Origin: Lachnospiraceae bacterium
Lineage (GTDB): Bacteria; Bacillota; Clostridia; Lachnospirales; Lachnospiraceae
Direction: 5' to 3'
DNA length: 64,000 bases
Assembly: GCA_022768465.1 (NCBI GenBank)
Contig: JALELZ010000029.1
Location: 745 to 64,744 of the forward strand
Both the position numbers and the translations under genes were made by a program. Positions 1 to 8,342 of this stretch are shown here, in pieces. The number at the start of each line of letters is the position of its first letter. Position 1 is the stretch's first letter. The notes beneath the pieces are model-generated. The model ran no database searches and was not told the origin of the DNA. It worked only from the letters and a program-made list of their open reading frames with translations.

Positions 1-479
1 TTAATTCCTTCCTCAGATTCAAGAATATCCGGCCAGATCGTACCCTGTGCGAGGAACTCAATACCGTCAAGCTTTCTTGCTTCCTCTGCGAATACCTCAA
101 TAAACTCTCCGCCGATAATCTTTCTCTTTGTCTCAGGATCAGAAACTCCTGCAAGCTTGTCAAGGAATCTGTCTGTTGCGTCAACATAAATCAGGTTTGC
201 ATTCATCTGATTACGGAATACTTCAATAACCTGCTCAGGCTCACCCTTACGAAGGAGGCCGTGATTAACATGCACACATACTAACTGCTGACCTATAGCC
301 TTAATTAAAAGTGCCGCAACAACAGATGAGTCAACTCCGCCTGAAAGCGCAAGAAGAACCTTTTTGTCGCCTACCTGCTCTCTGATCAGTGAAACCTGCT
401 CATCTATAAACTTCTTTGCAAGCTCCGGTGTTGTGATCCTTTCCATATCAGCCGGACGTCTGATTTCAGTAACATTCAT
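1..479 (-). CDS. GMP synthase-like ATP pyrophosphatase (PP-loop) protein without a glutamine amidotransferase domain. Only the N-terminal 159 codons are visible; the 3' end lies beyond the window edge.
   Basis: Own translation from ATG 479-477 preceded by GGAGG: [58 protein letters not shown]...[20 protein letters not shown]...AQGTIWPD. The SGGVDSS PP-loop and KRKIIG motif align with the C-terminal half of the full-length GuaA at 5682-7253. Confidence 0.8.
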   Translation of the reverse strand, partial: MNVTEIRRPADMERITTPELAKKFIDEQVSLIREQVGDKKVLLALSGGVDSSVVAALLIKAIGQQLVCVHVNHGLLRKGEPEQVIEVFRNQMNANLIYVDATDRFLDKLAGVSDPETKRKIIGGEFIEVFAEEARKLDGIEFLAQGTIWPDILESEEGI

Positions 480-710
480 TTTTAAACTCCTCCATATGAT
501 ATATTGACTCATGCCCCGCAGATCCTCATTTCACAATGATCTGCATATTAGACAGTATATTAACAGAACTTAAATACTTCATATCATGCCGCATAAAAAA
601 TTCAGATGATATTATAGCATAGAGTTGTAAATAATAATATTGCTTTATATAAAAATGCTTTCGGCGAACATTTCAGAACTGATGCGAAACTTTTGTTTCG
701 AAATCAGGAA

Positions 711-745
711 ATTATAAAAAGGGCTGATGCATCATGCACCAGCCC
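711..745 (-). terminator. Rho-independent terminator after the cell-wall-binding protein gene
   Basis: GGGCTGGTGCAT/ATGCATCAGCCC stem on the minus strand, followed by TTTTTATAATTT. Confidence 0.7.
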
Positions 746-849
746 ACCCCACTAAGCTTTGTAGTTTTTTACTGCCCTGTCCATACACCGTCACTGTCGA
801 AGCGGTAGCCATCAGGCGTGACGGTATTTCTAAGCATTGCACCCATGGT

Positions 850-2430
850 TCAGCTGCCCTCCGCCTCAGAGAAGTAATACCACTTACCGTCGATCAGCTG
901 CCAGCCAATTAGCATCATGCCTCGTGTACCGGCGGAGTTAGGATTCAGATAGTAGCTGCTGCCATCAATATCCATAGTGAGTGTGAAATCATCAATGACC
1001 TCATTGAAGTCTGTTATGCAGACTGCATCGGTAAAGCCCCATGCACTGTCGGAATAATGACCGGTGCCTTCACTGCCGTCAGGACCTTTATACGGGTCGT
1101 TCCCTCCGCTTCCGGATGTACCGCCCGTATCCTTTGCCATACGGTATCTGCGGCCGTAAAGCTCTACGGTAGGCTCCTCAATCTCCGGTCCGAAATCCGT
1201 ATAGAATACATAGAGATCCCTTCCGTCACCGGTGATAGTGTAATCATCGATGGAGCTGCTGTGTTCCTCGTTCTCCTTGAGGCGTGTTTCTACATTACGG
1301 AAATCGCCATTATAGATTGCCTCATAATAGCTTCCTTCGTAGAATTCATCGGAAAGCCCAAGATCCGACTTAGTTTTCTTGTACCAGTTGTAATCATGAG
1401 GTCCATCCTTCACATAATATGCACCCTCGGCCTCGCTGTATTTGTTTCCGATCTCCGCGGTATTATGGAAGAGAGATTCGATCAGTCCGCTTACATCGAG
1501 AAGCTCAAGCATCTCTCCGTCCTCGGTCCAACTCAGCACAAGTCGTCCGTTAACCTTCGTAAGCTTCGGCACGGCCTGACACTTCTTATCATTTCCTATC
1601 TTGATAGGATAGTAATTTCTGGACTCCTTCACATCGCAATCGCAGAGACCAAGGTACAGTTGTCGGTCACCTGTCTTTAGATCATCATCATTATCGATGG
1701 TAAATGCAGTTACAAGGTAATCTGTGTCACCAATCTGTATGCCCTCGGTCTGATAATCAGTAACGAGCGGGTCGATCTTCTTCTCATTTTTGATAACTAC
1801 ATATTCGTTCTTCTCAACGACCGGATCAGTGTCTATATTCTTCAATGTTGCACGAATGGCGGTTGAATAGCCCTTGCTGAGATCTGACAATTCTTCCAGC
1901 TTCGTAAGCTTCGAGATATCTCGTGCCACATAGGTGCAGTATACCTTATCTCCCACCGTGCAGAGTGACGGTGCATGAAGATAGAAATCACTCAAATTCG
2001 AAGATGAAATTTCAAAATCACTCCGATTCAACGGAGAAATCTGAAACTCCTTACCAAGCTTATCATTATTCGCATCAAACACTCTACCGCTGATATTGAA
2101 GGCATTGAACTTATCCTTATATGCATCCATAGTCACCAGGTCATCAGTACCCTCGATCTGCTCTGATGCATCCATCCATGCGATCACTACCTTGTTACCT
2201 ACAACGGTCAGTGCCGGCGTAGAATCATAGGTTTCGTCCGTGTCCAATGCCTCAGGTGCACTCCATTGTCCACTTGTCTTGTTTCCGATAGTATAGTACA
2301 GACGAGACGAATCGCCATTAGGCGAGGCAGCTATAAATACCGCAAAATAACGTCCGTCAGGTAGCCTTACCATCTCCGGTCTTGTTCGTGACGCCGCACC
2401 CTCCATGAGTATCTTCTTATTTACCGGCAT
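850..2430 (-). CDS. Cell-wall-binding-repeat protein with a beta-propeller-like body and no signal peptide. The ORF stops at an in-frame TGA, but the repeat-coding frame continues to 769.
   Basis: 526-aa ORF. The C-terminus GWQLIDGKWYYFSEAEGS is a CW_binding_1-type repeat. The N-terminus MPVNKKILMEGAASRTRPEM has no hydrophobic leader. See findings. Confidence 0.7.
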   Translation of the reverse strand: MPVNKKILMEGAASRTRPEMVRLPDGRYFAVFIAASPNGDSSRLYYTIGNKTSGQWSAPEALDTDETYDSTPALTVVGNKVVIAWMDASEQIEGTDDLVTMDAYKDKFNAFNISGRVFDANNDKLGKEFQISPLNRSDFEISSSNLSDFYLHAPSLCTVGDKVYCTYVARDISKLTKLEELSDLSKGYSTAIRATLKNIDTDPVVEKNEYVVIKNEKKIDPLVTDYQTEGIQIGDTDYLVTAFTIDNDDDLKTGDRQLYLGLCDCDVKESRNYYPIKIGNDKKCQAVPKLTKVNGRLVLSWTEDGEMLELLDVSGLIESLFHNTAEIGNKYSEAEGAYYVKDGPHDYNWYKKTKSDLGLSDEFYEGSYYEAIYNGDFRNVETRLKENEEHSSSIDDYTITGDGRDLYVFYTDFGPEIEEPTVELYGRRYRMAKDTGGTSGSGGNDPYKGPDGSEGTGHYSDSAWGFTDAVCITDFNEVIDDFTLTMDIDGSSYYLNPNSAGTRGMMLIGWQLIDGKWYYFSEAEGS

Positions 2431-3499
2431 CGATCAGACTGCCGCTTACTCCGCTTGAACTCTCTTCTCTTGTAGGCTCTCCCGTCGCCTCTTCCTTAAG
2501 TATGGCAAGACGGCTCTTACCCGTGCTTACCGCATCACTTCCTGCGACAGAAAGAACAGAGTCGGACTTGTCTTTGTCCTCAATTTCGCCTGTTTCATCC
2601 GGCTCCTCTGCATCATCGGCTTCATCTTCTTTTTTCAAATCATTTTCATCCGTACCCTGCTCATCTTCATCTTTCAGAGCATCTTTACCTGTATCCTGCT
2701 CATCTGCCGTGCTTTTTGAAGCTTTGGAAGATGATGCCTTATCCTTATCGTTTGCGTCCTGCTTCGGTTTATGAGTCTCTGTATCGCCTTCGTCTTTGAT
2801 TACAACATTTTCATCTTTGTTGTCGATTTCGTCTGCGTTGTCATTTTTGTCTGTATTTCCGGATGCAACTTTATCCTTAATGTAATTCGTGCCCGCAGAC
2901 TGTTCTGCATCCTTAATTCTGTCTGTACTATCTGTCTTCTTCGACTTCGTTACTTTTTCTGTACTTCCCGTCTTATTAGTATCTTTGGCTTTTTTTACTT
3001 CCGTCGGAGTGGCAACTGCCCACCCCTCAAAGTTCTCGTCGGCATCGGTCTTTCCGATCAGATTGCCGTCTTCATCAAAGTTATACTCTGTTCCCTGCAC
3101 ATCATTTTCAGCAGCATTACTGTCACTCTTTGCCGCACGCTCAAGCAAGGTCATGCTGCTTTCCAACTCTTTGATATTATCGCCCATAAGACAATAATCC
3201 TTATTATAGAGAGCGGAAATATCAAGTGTATGAACAGTCACCGAGGCTTCACGGTCGAGATCACCCTCGCGGTAAATCGCGATCTCATAGGTGTCACTTG
3301 CTTCCTTAAATGTTAATCCGGACACGCCGAAATAGACCAGATCACCATCTGTGAGCCGGTCTTCACTTAACCTTGCGCCATTGATCACTGTTGGTCTGTG
3401 CTGCGGTATATCCGCAAGCGAACAAAGCGGCTGCAAAAGAACCATCTGCAGTGCCAGAAGAATTGAGATGATACGTTTACCAAGCGCTCGGTGTTTCAT
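2417..3499 (-). CDS. Secreted protein: signal peptide, small N-terminal domain and a Lys/Asp/Glu-rich low-complexity region of about 230 aa
   Basis: Start moved to ATG 3499 (GGAGG 7 nt upstream). MKHRALGKRIISILLALQMVLLQPLCSLADIP looks like a signal peptide. There is a long KDE-rich tract. The ORF overlaps the next ORF by 14 nt. Confidence 0.7.
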   Translation of the reverse strand: MKHRALGKRIISILLALQMVLLQPLCSLADIPQHRPTVINGARLSEDRLTDGDLVYFGVSGLTFKEASDTYEIAIYREGDLDREASVTVHTLDISALYNKDYCLMGDNIKELESSMTLLERAAKSDSNAAENDVQGTEYNFDEDGNLIGKTDADENFEGWAVATPTEVKKAKDTNKTGSTEKVTKSKKTDSTDRIKDAEQSAGTNYIKDKVASGNTDKNDNADEIDNKDENVVIKDEGDTETHKPKQDANDKDKASSSKASKSTADEQDTGKDALKDEDEQGTDENDLKKEDEADDAEEPDETGEIEDKDKSDSVLSVAGSDAVSTGKSRLAILKEEATGEPTREESSSGVSGSLIDAGK

Positions 3500-3760
3500 A
3501 TATTTGCCTCCGTGGAAGTAAATGAAAGTTAACGAAAAGGACTGTTTCACCCCCGAAACCAAAGCATATGTGAAATGTCGGAGCGGATAGATAAACAGTG
3601 GAAACACGCCTTATGTATTAAACAGCTTGTTTGATATTCGGTTTTCTTTTAATTAGGATAATTTTACCACAGAAGCAAGTTAATGTGTAGCTTTTTGTAC
3701 AAACAATGGCAGCTAAGGCTATCTGCCCCACCTCTCCCCACAAAAATTACTCCAAACAGA

Positions 3761-3800
3761 AAAGGCTGAAGCCCCAGCGGATTCATGGGGTTCAGCCTTT
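3761..3800 (-). terminator. Hairpin with a flanking A/T tract; possible distal terminator for hipBA read-through
   Basis: AAAGGCTGAA(G)CCCCA ... TGGGGTTCAGCCTTT. On the minus strand it is followed by TTTTCTGTTTGG. Confidence 0.45.
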
Positions 3801-3924
3801 GGTGAATGACATTTTCTATGACACTATCTATGACATTTTCGTTCGCTTGCGTTGAATAATCAGAGCCGTAATTCATATTCTACAAAGTCAATGTAAAAGC
3901 ATTATCCCCTGATTCCGCTTTAAA

Positions 3925-3942
3925 CCTATCGAATTCGATAGG
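3925..3942 (-). terminator. Perfect 18-bp palindrome immediately downstream of hipA; weak terminator candidate
   Basis: CCTATCGAATTCGATAGG, followed on the minus strand by TTTAAAG. Confidence 0.35.
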
Positions 3943-3991
3943 TCTAAAATTTAAATTATGATATACTGCATCAAAACCAAACATGCATAGT

Positions 3992-5113
3992 TTAAAGATA
4001 CTTCCCAAGCATTGCTCTGACACATTCCTCAATCATATCCATGATTTTCTCACAGGTATTCTTTTTCATTCCAGCCTGAATTCCTACCGCAAGCAATTCC
4101 TTTCTGCCCGGATTTCGCCCATTTCCATCTATGGTTGTCGTATGCTCACCATAATATGTATTACTGTATGTAAGGTCGTAGGCCGGACTAAGATGCCAGC
4201 TGTCATCAGCTTCGTCATACAAATATGTAAAGTTCTTTAAATGGTCATCTCGATTATGAGCAAACACATTAAAGCACATACGCCGAAACATATTTTCAAC
4301 ATCGATATGGTTGTCTCTAGTCAAAATCTTTGTAAGCTTCATAAGACCGTGATAATCTAAGCTCGGCTGTTCAAAATTAAGTTCAAGCATTGCTGCGGCA
4401 GTCAGCATATGAACTCTTTTCCCTCCACTTTTCCTATCGAAACGTCGAATTCCGAAATATCCTTTGCATTTTTCTGACGGAAATAATCTTGTTTCACTCA
4501 TAACTATCCCACATTTCCCGGCGCAGCAAGAATAGTCATATTCCATCTTTCCCGCATCTTTACCATCTACATTTTCAGGGAATTTTATAATCCACTCTTC
4601 CTGATCGATCACTGTCAGGATTTTAGGTCTGGCACCGCCACTTGTACCGCCTAAACAATACAGTTCATCCAGTTTATCCGAGTATTCGGTATTTAAAATC
4701 TTCTCACATTCTTCTGCAAGCTCATCGAGATCAACATGCTCATATTGCTGTGAATAGCCTTTTTCCGGATAATATGTCAATGCCCCCATTCCGGACTTAC
4801 CTACGATAGCTAATCTATCTAAAACGGTCAGCTCATCCGGATTCTCCTTATGCGCACGAAGCAATCGGTTAAACAATAATCTACCCCAATTGTCCGGAAG
4901 AGTATCTGCAAATACTCCGAAAAGTCCGTCAAAATAATCTTTGGTCGGAATAAAAACCTGTCTTTTCAACGGCAGTGAGAATGGACTGATTGAAAATCCG
5001 TTTTCAAGCCATTCATCGCTGTATTGAAATGCTGCCTTATAATCCGGGGTCATTGCCAGTGTTCCCACAAAGCGATCCGCATAATACACTCTCAAAGCAT
5101 TATCTTCTCTCAT
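3992..5113 (-). CDS. hipA: HipA-family serine/threonine kinase toxin (type II TA)
   Basis: 373 aa. N-terminal coupling domain (ALRVYYADRFVGTL...), Gly-rich loop LGGTSGGARPK, catalytic HNRDDHLKNFTYL and SPAYDL motifs. Confidence 0.9.
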   Translation of the reverse strand: MREDNALRVYYADRFVGTLAMTPDYKAAFQYSDEWLENGFSISPFSLPLKRQVFIPTKDYFDGLFGVFADTLPDNWGRLLFNRLLRAHKENPDELTVLDRLAIVGKSGMGALTYYPEKGYSQQYEHVDLDELAEECEKILNTEYSDKLDELYCLGGTSGGARPKILTVIDQEEWIIKFPENVDGKDAGKMEYDYSCCAGKCGIVMSETRLFPSEKCKGYFGIRRFDRKSGGKRVHMLTAAAMLELNFEQPSLDYHGLMKLTKILTRDNHIDVENMFRRMCFNVFAHNRDDHLKNFTYLYDEADDSWHLSPAYDLTYSNTYYGEHTTTIDGNGRNPGRKELLAVGIQAGMKKNTCEKIMDMIEECVRAMLGKYL

Positions 5114-5378
5114 TTATGACCTCCTGAATATCCTTATAAGGAGCCTGCATAAAAAGATTTCTTAGTTCATCAGCCAGATCCAAGGCAATTGCAATCCTGG
5201 TGAGTGATATCAGTGAAATCTGTCCGGAGGTTTCAAATCTCTTAACGGCGCCTAAGCTCACTCCGCTCATTGAGGCAAGCTTCTCCTGAGAAATAGAGCG
5301 TCGTCTCCTGATGTTTCGTACTCTCTGTGCAATCTTCTGATCTAATTCTTCTGCAGTCTCCCATACAAACTGTCCCAT
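5100..5378 (-). CDS. hipB: XRE-family HTH antitoxin/regulator (HipB-like)
   Basis: HTH segment ISQEKLASMSGVSLGAVKRFETSG. The 14-nt overlap with hipA suggests translational coupling. Start set at ATG 5378, which has GGAGGAAG 2 nt upstream. The track start at 5396 sits inside the palindrome and has no SD. Confidence 0.85.
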   Translation of the reverse strand: MGQFVWETAEELDQKIAQRVRNIRRRRSISQEKLASMSGVSLGAVKRFETSGQISLISLTRIAIALDLADELRNLFMQAPYKDIQEVINERR

Positions 5379-5391
5379 GACTTCCTCCGAT

Positions 5392-5425
5392 GGCATATAT
5401 AGATAATATATTATCTATATATGCC
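5392..5425. promoter_or_regulatory. Perfect 34-bp palindrome; probable HipB operator at the hipBA promoter
   Basis: GGCATATATAGATAATATATTATCTATATATGCC equals its own reverse complement. It ends 3 nt upstream of the hipB SD. Confidence 0.6.
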
Positions 5426-5440
5426 GTATAACTATATTTT

Positions 5441-5458
5441 TATCTAATATATTATCTA
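5441..5458. promoter_or_regulatory. Second, imperfect copy of the core operator
   Basis: On the minus strand it reads TAGATAATATATTAGATA, against the core TAGATAATATATTATCTA (16/18 identical). It overlaps a -35-like TAGATA spaced 17 nt from TATAGT. Confidence 0.45.
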
Positions 5459-5631
5459 TTATTTTGCAGTTTATTTGTCTGGAATGCAAGCTGCCGTTAC
5501 ATTTTATTAACATATCCTGCGCTGATTGGTTCTCTTATTCATTACGATTATCAGCCAGCTTCTGATACAGCTTCATAAGCTCTGCAACAGTCCTGATATA
5601 TTAAAGTTGTAACACCTATGGATGATTAGAT

Positions 5632-5679
5632 AAAAAAAGCACGCAAATATCCTTTTTAAAGGACTTTGCGTGCTTTTTA
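5632..5679 (-). terminator. guaA terminator (bidirectional architecture)
   Basis: GCACGCAAA...TTTGCGTGC with inner CCTTT/AAAGG, flanked by A7 and T5-7 tracts. It starts 3 nt after the guaA stop. Confidence 0.8.
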
Positions 5680-5681
5680 AA

Positions 5682-7253
5682 TTATTCAAACTCTACCGTT
5701 CCCGGAGGCTTGCTCGTGAGATCATAAAATACTCTGTTCACTCCCCGGACCTCGTTTATGATGCGGCTCATAACTGTCTGAAGTACCTCAAACGGTATCT
5801 GCGCAGCCTCTGCCGTCATGAAATCAATCGTATTTACAGCGCGAAGTGCAACTGCATAATCATAGGTTCTCTCATCTCCCATAACACCCACAGAGCGCAT
5901 GTTAGTGAGAACTGCAAAATACTGATTCGGCATCCACTTCGGATCATCTCCGTATTCTGCCTTATAGTTAGCCGCTGCCTTATCTACCTCTGAGCGATAG
6001 ATATAGTCAGCATCCTGAACTATCTTTACCTTCTCAGCATTGATTTCTCCGATAATTCTTATACCCAATCCCGGCCCAGGGAATGGCTGACGGAATACAA
6101 GCTTTTCAGGAATACCAAGCTCAAGTCCAAGCTTTCTGACCTCATCTTTAAAAAGATTTCTGAGCGGCTCGATTATCTCCTTAAAATTAACGTAGTCCGG
6201 AAGTCCTCCTACATTATGGTGAGACTTGATAACTGCAGATTCTCCTCCGAGGCCTGATTCAACCACGTCAGGATATATGGTTCCCTGTGCAAGGAAATCA
6301 ACAGCTCCTATCTTTCTTGCTTCTTCCTCAAATACACGGATAAATTCTTCACCAATTATCTTACGCTTCTGCTCCGGCTCTGTTACGCCGGCAAGCTTAT
6401 CATAATAGCGTTCCTTAGCATTGACACGGATAAAGTTAAGATCAAACTGTCCGCCTTCTCCGAAAACACTTTCAACCTCATCTCCCTCATCTTTTCTTAA
6501 AAGACCGTGGTCTACGAATACGCAGGTAAGCTGCTTGCCGATAGCTCTCGAAAGAAGTCCTGCTGCTACAGAGGAATCCACTCCGCCTGAGAGGGCCAAA
6601 AGAACCTTGCCGTCTCCGACCTTCTCTCTGATAGCCTTTATCTGATCAGCTGCAAATGAATCCATTCTCCAGCTTCCGCTGCAGCCACAGATATTCCTTA
6701 CAAAGTTATACAGCATCCTGGTGCCATACTGTGTGTGAAGCACCTCCGGATGAAACTGTATAGCATAAAGATCTCTCTTCTTATCCTCAGCTGCTGCAAC
6801 AGGACAATTATCCGTATGAGCAATGATATCAAATCCCGGTGCCGGCTTAGAGATATAATCAAAATGGCTCATCCAGCAAATAGAATTTTCCTCAACCTCA
6901 CTAAACAGCGGCTCATTATTATTTACAACAAGCTCTGTCTTGCCATACTCTCTTACCGGTGCCTTTTCAACCTTTCCCCCAAGCACATGCATCATGAGCT
7001 GTGCGCCGTAGCACAAGCCGAGCACAGGCACTCCGAGTTCAAAAAGTTCTTTCGTACAGCCGGGAGCTCCTTCTTCATAACAGCTGTTAGGTCCGCCTGT
7101 GAGAATGATTCCCTTAGGCTCCATTGCCTTTATTTTTGCGATATCGGTCTTGTATGAGTAAATTTCGCAATAAACATTGCATTCTCTGACACGACGTGCA
7201 ATAAGCTGGTTATACTGTCCTCCAAAATCAATAACGATTATCTTTTCCTGCAT
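5682..7253 (-). CDS. guaA: GMP synthase (glutamine-hydrolysing), full length (GATase plus ATP-PPase)
   Basis: [24 protein letters not shown]..., [21 protein letters not shown], ...TVEFE end. Start at ATG 7253 with an AGGGGA SD. Confidence 0.97.
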   Translation of the reverse strand: MQEKIIVIDFGGQYNQLIARRVRECNVYCEIYSYKTDIAKIKAMEPKGIILTGGPNSCYEEGAPGCTKELFELGVPVLGLCYGAQLMMHVLGGKVEKAPVREYGKTELVVNNNEPLFSEVEENSICWMSHFDYISKPAPGFDIIAHTDNCPVAAAEDKKRDLYAIQFHPEVLHTQYGTRMLYNFVRNICGCSGSWRMDSFAADQIKAIREKVGDGKVLLALSGGVDSSVAAGLLSRAIGKQLTCVFVDHGLLRKDEGDEVESVFGEGGQFDLNFIRVNAKERYYDKLAGVTEPEQKRKIIGEEFIRVFEEEARKIGAVDFLAQGTIYPDVVESGLGGESAVIKSHHNVGGLPDYVNFKEIIEPLRNLFKDEVRKLGLELGIPEKLVFRQPFPGPGLGIRIIGEINAEKVKIVQDADYIYRSEVDKAAANYKAEYGDDPKWMPNQYFAVLTNMRSVGVMGDERTYDYAVALRAVNTIDFMTAEAAQIPFEVLQTVMSRIINEVRGVNRVFYDLTSKPPGTVEFE

Positions 7254-7366
7254 TTTTTCCCCTAATATAAATGAACAGAAAGTGAAGTTTTCCAAACCGT
7301 TTCGTATCATTTTAACTACTTAAGCCACAGCTAAGGCATGTGAAATGACACTTCGGTTAATGCAAA

Positions 7367-7396
7367 ATTATAGCACTGACGATAATAATATTTCAA
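7367..7396 (-). promoter_or_regulatory. Candidate sigma-A promoter for guaA
   Basis: TTGAAA-18 nt-TATAAT read on the minus strand. Confidence 0.5.
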
Positions 7397-7439
7397 GAAT
7401 ATAGTCAGATACAAAATAGATACTTTTTGAATCTTACAA

Positions 7440-8207
7440 TCATTCTTTTACTACATATTCTCCGCCGTTATCACATAGCTTCGTAATCACACCGTTTTCA
7501 AGCAGATATGCCTCTCCATGTATAACAGTATCGCCTATCTGTACAGGCTTTTCGCCTTTTTTATCAACTACCTTTGATGCATAAGTTCCGTCAACAAAGA
7601 CATAAAATCTTCTTCCCATGGAGTCTGCATAGGTTATATCCTCAAAAAGTCTTTTACCGTCAACTATATCGGTTTTTATAGTCTGGTAATGCGGTATTAT
7701 TGAAAAATTAACTAGTCCGAGTCCCTGTCTGAATCTTACAAATTCAGCTGCGCTTTCACCATCAAATTCAGGCTGGGCATAAACCGTATCGGCAGAGTTC
7801 ATCGATCCGGAACTGATTCCTACGACTATGCCGTCGAAGCTTCTCATTTTATCTCTTAAGCCGATTTCCTTGTAGAAATCATTAGTAGTCGGAACATGAC
7901 CTCCGGAAAGGAATATTGCATCGTATTTATTAATGTCATCAGCTGTAGTTTTTAAGCTTCTGTGATCACAGCTTTCAAGACTGCAAAAATCCATTCCTGA
8001 ACCCATAAGTCTTTTCTTAAGCTCACCTGAAAGCAGGTCGACCATTTCGTAATTATCCGGCTCAGATGCTATAAAAAGTACTCTTGATCCCGGCTTCCAG
8101 ACTTTTTTTATCGCTTCCTCAAATCCATTTTCCGGATTCATTCCTTTGTAATCTGTGCTGTACGACCTATATGCCCCGTACGGAAGGCTCGTAAGAAAAA
8201 TATACAT
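7440..8207 (-). CDS. Peptidase S51 / dipeptidase E-like protein (type 1 glutamine amidotransferase-like fold)
   Basis: 255 aa. RVLFIASEPD..., AIFLSGGHV, GISSGSMN nucleophile-elbow-like motif. Confidence 0.75.
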   Translation of the reverse strand: MYIFLTSLPYGAYRSYSTDYKGMNPENGFEEAIKKVWKPGSRVLFIASEPDNYEMVDLLSGELKKRLMGSGMDFCSLESCDHRSLKTTADDINKYDAIFLSGGHVPTTNDFYKEIGLRDKMRSFDGIVVGISSGSMNSADTVYAQPEFDGESAAEFVRFRQGLGLVNFSIIPHYQTIKTDIVDGKRLFEDITYADSMGRRFYVFVDGTYASKVVDKKGEKPVQIGDTVIHGEAYLLENGVITKLCDNGGEYVVKE

Positions 8208-8342
8208 AGCATTCCTCCTGTCTGCTCATACTTTATTTACAATTGTAAGCATTTATAAATACAAATATACACACTTATATGTTCATATTTCTATTCGTAT
8301 GATTGTCTTATAACGGACTATATCATTGATATAAATAACAAA

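Noticed and set aside
850-852. TGA as a reassigned sense codon (code 4/25) or selenocysteine
   Set aside because: TGA clearly terminates comM and addB (ATGA-type overlaps with the next gene), so there is no genome-wide reassignment. No selenoprotein context or evident SECIS-like hairpin lies immediately downstream.
1057-1680. Long antisense ORFs in the six-frame track. Examples: 1057-1680(+), 2771-3316(+), 10633-11130(+), 38281-38898(-), 55039-55491(+), 58597-59175(+), 32882-33325(-).
   Set aside because: Each lies fully inside and antisense, or out of frame, to a gene with clear family motifs. Their products are Ser/Leu/Cys-rich low-complexity strings with no SD. They are typical shadow ORFs.
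3675-3800. Possible plus-strand small RNA with a C-rich CCCCACCUCUCCCCA (anti-SD-like) segment ending at the 3761-3800 hairpin
   Set aside because: The putative promoter is weak (TTGATA-17-TAGGAT). The hairpin's U-tract is only 3 nt on the plus strand but good on the minus strand. The region is equally explained as the long 5' UTR or promoter region of the surface-protein gene. Transcript data would be needed.
3664-3876. 70-aa minus-strand ORF downstream of hipA
   Set aside because: There is no purine-rich SD before its ATG. A terminator-type hairpin (3761-3800) lies within it. I recognise no motif.
5520-5600. Short minus-strand frame YIRTVAELMKLYQKLADNRNE* that looks like an orphan C-terminal gene fragment
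   Set aside because: It is only 21 codons, closed upstream by a stop, and I cannot identify a family. I note it only as weak support that the hipBA neighbourhood has been rearranged.
7254-7366. Expected purine/guanine riboswitch in the guaA leader
   Set aside because: I read the leader on the minus strand. The conserved GUUUCUACC / CCGUAAAU-type core segments are absent and there is no convincing three-way junction.
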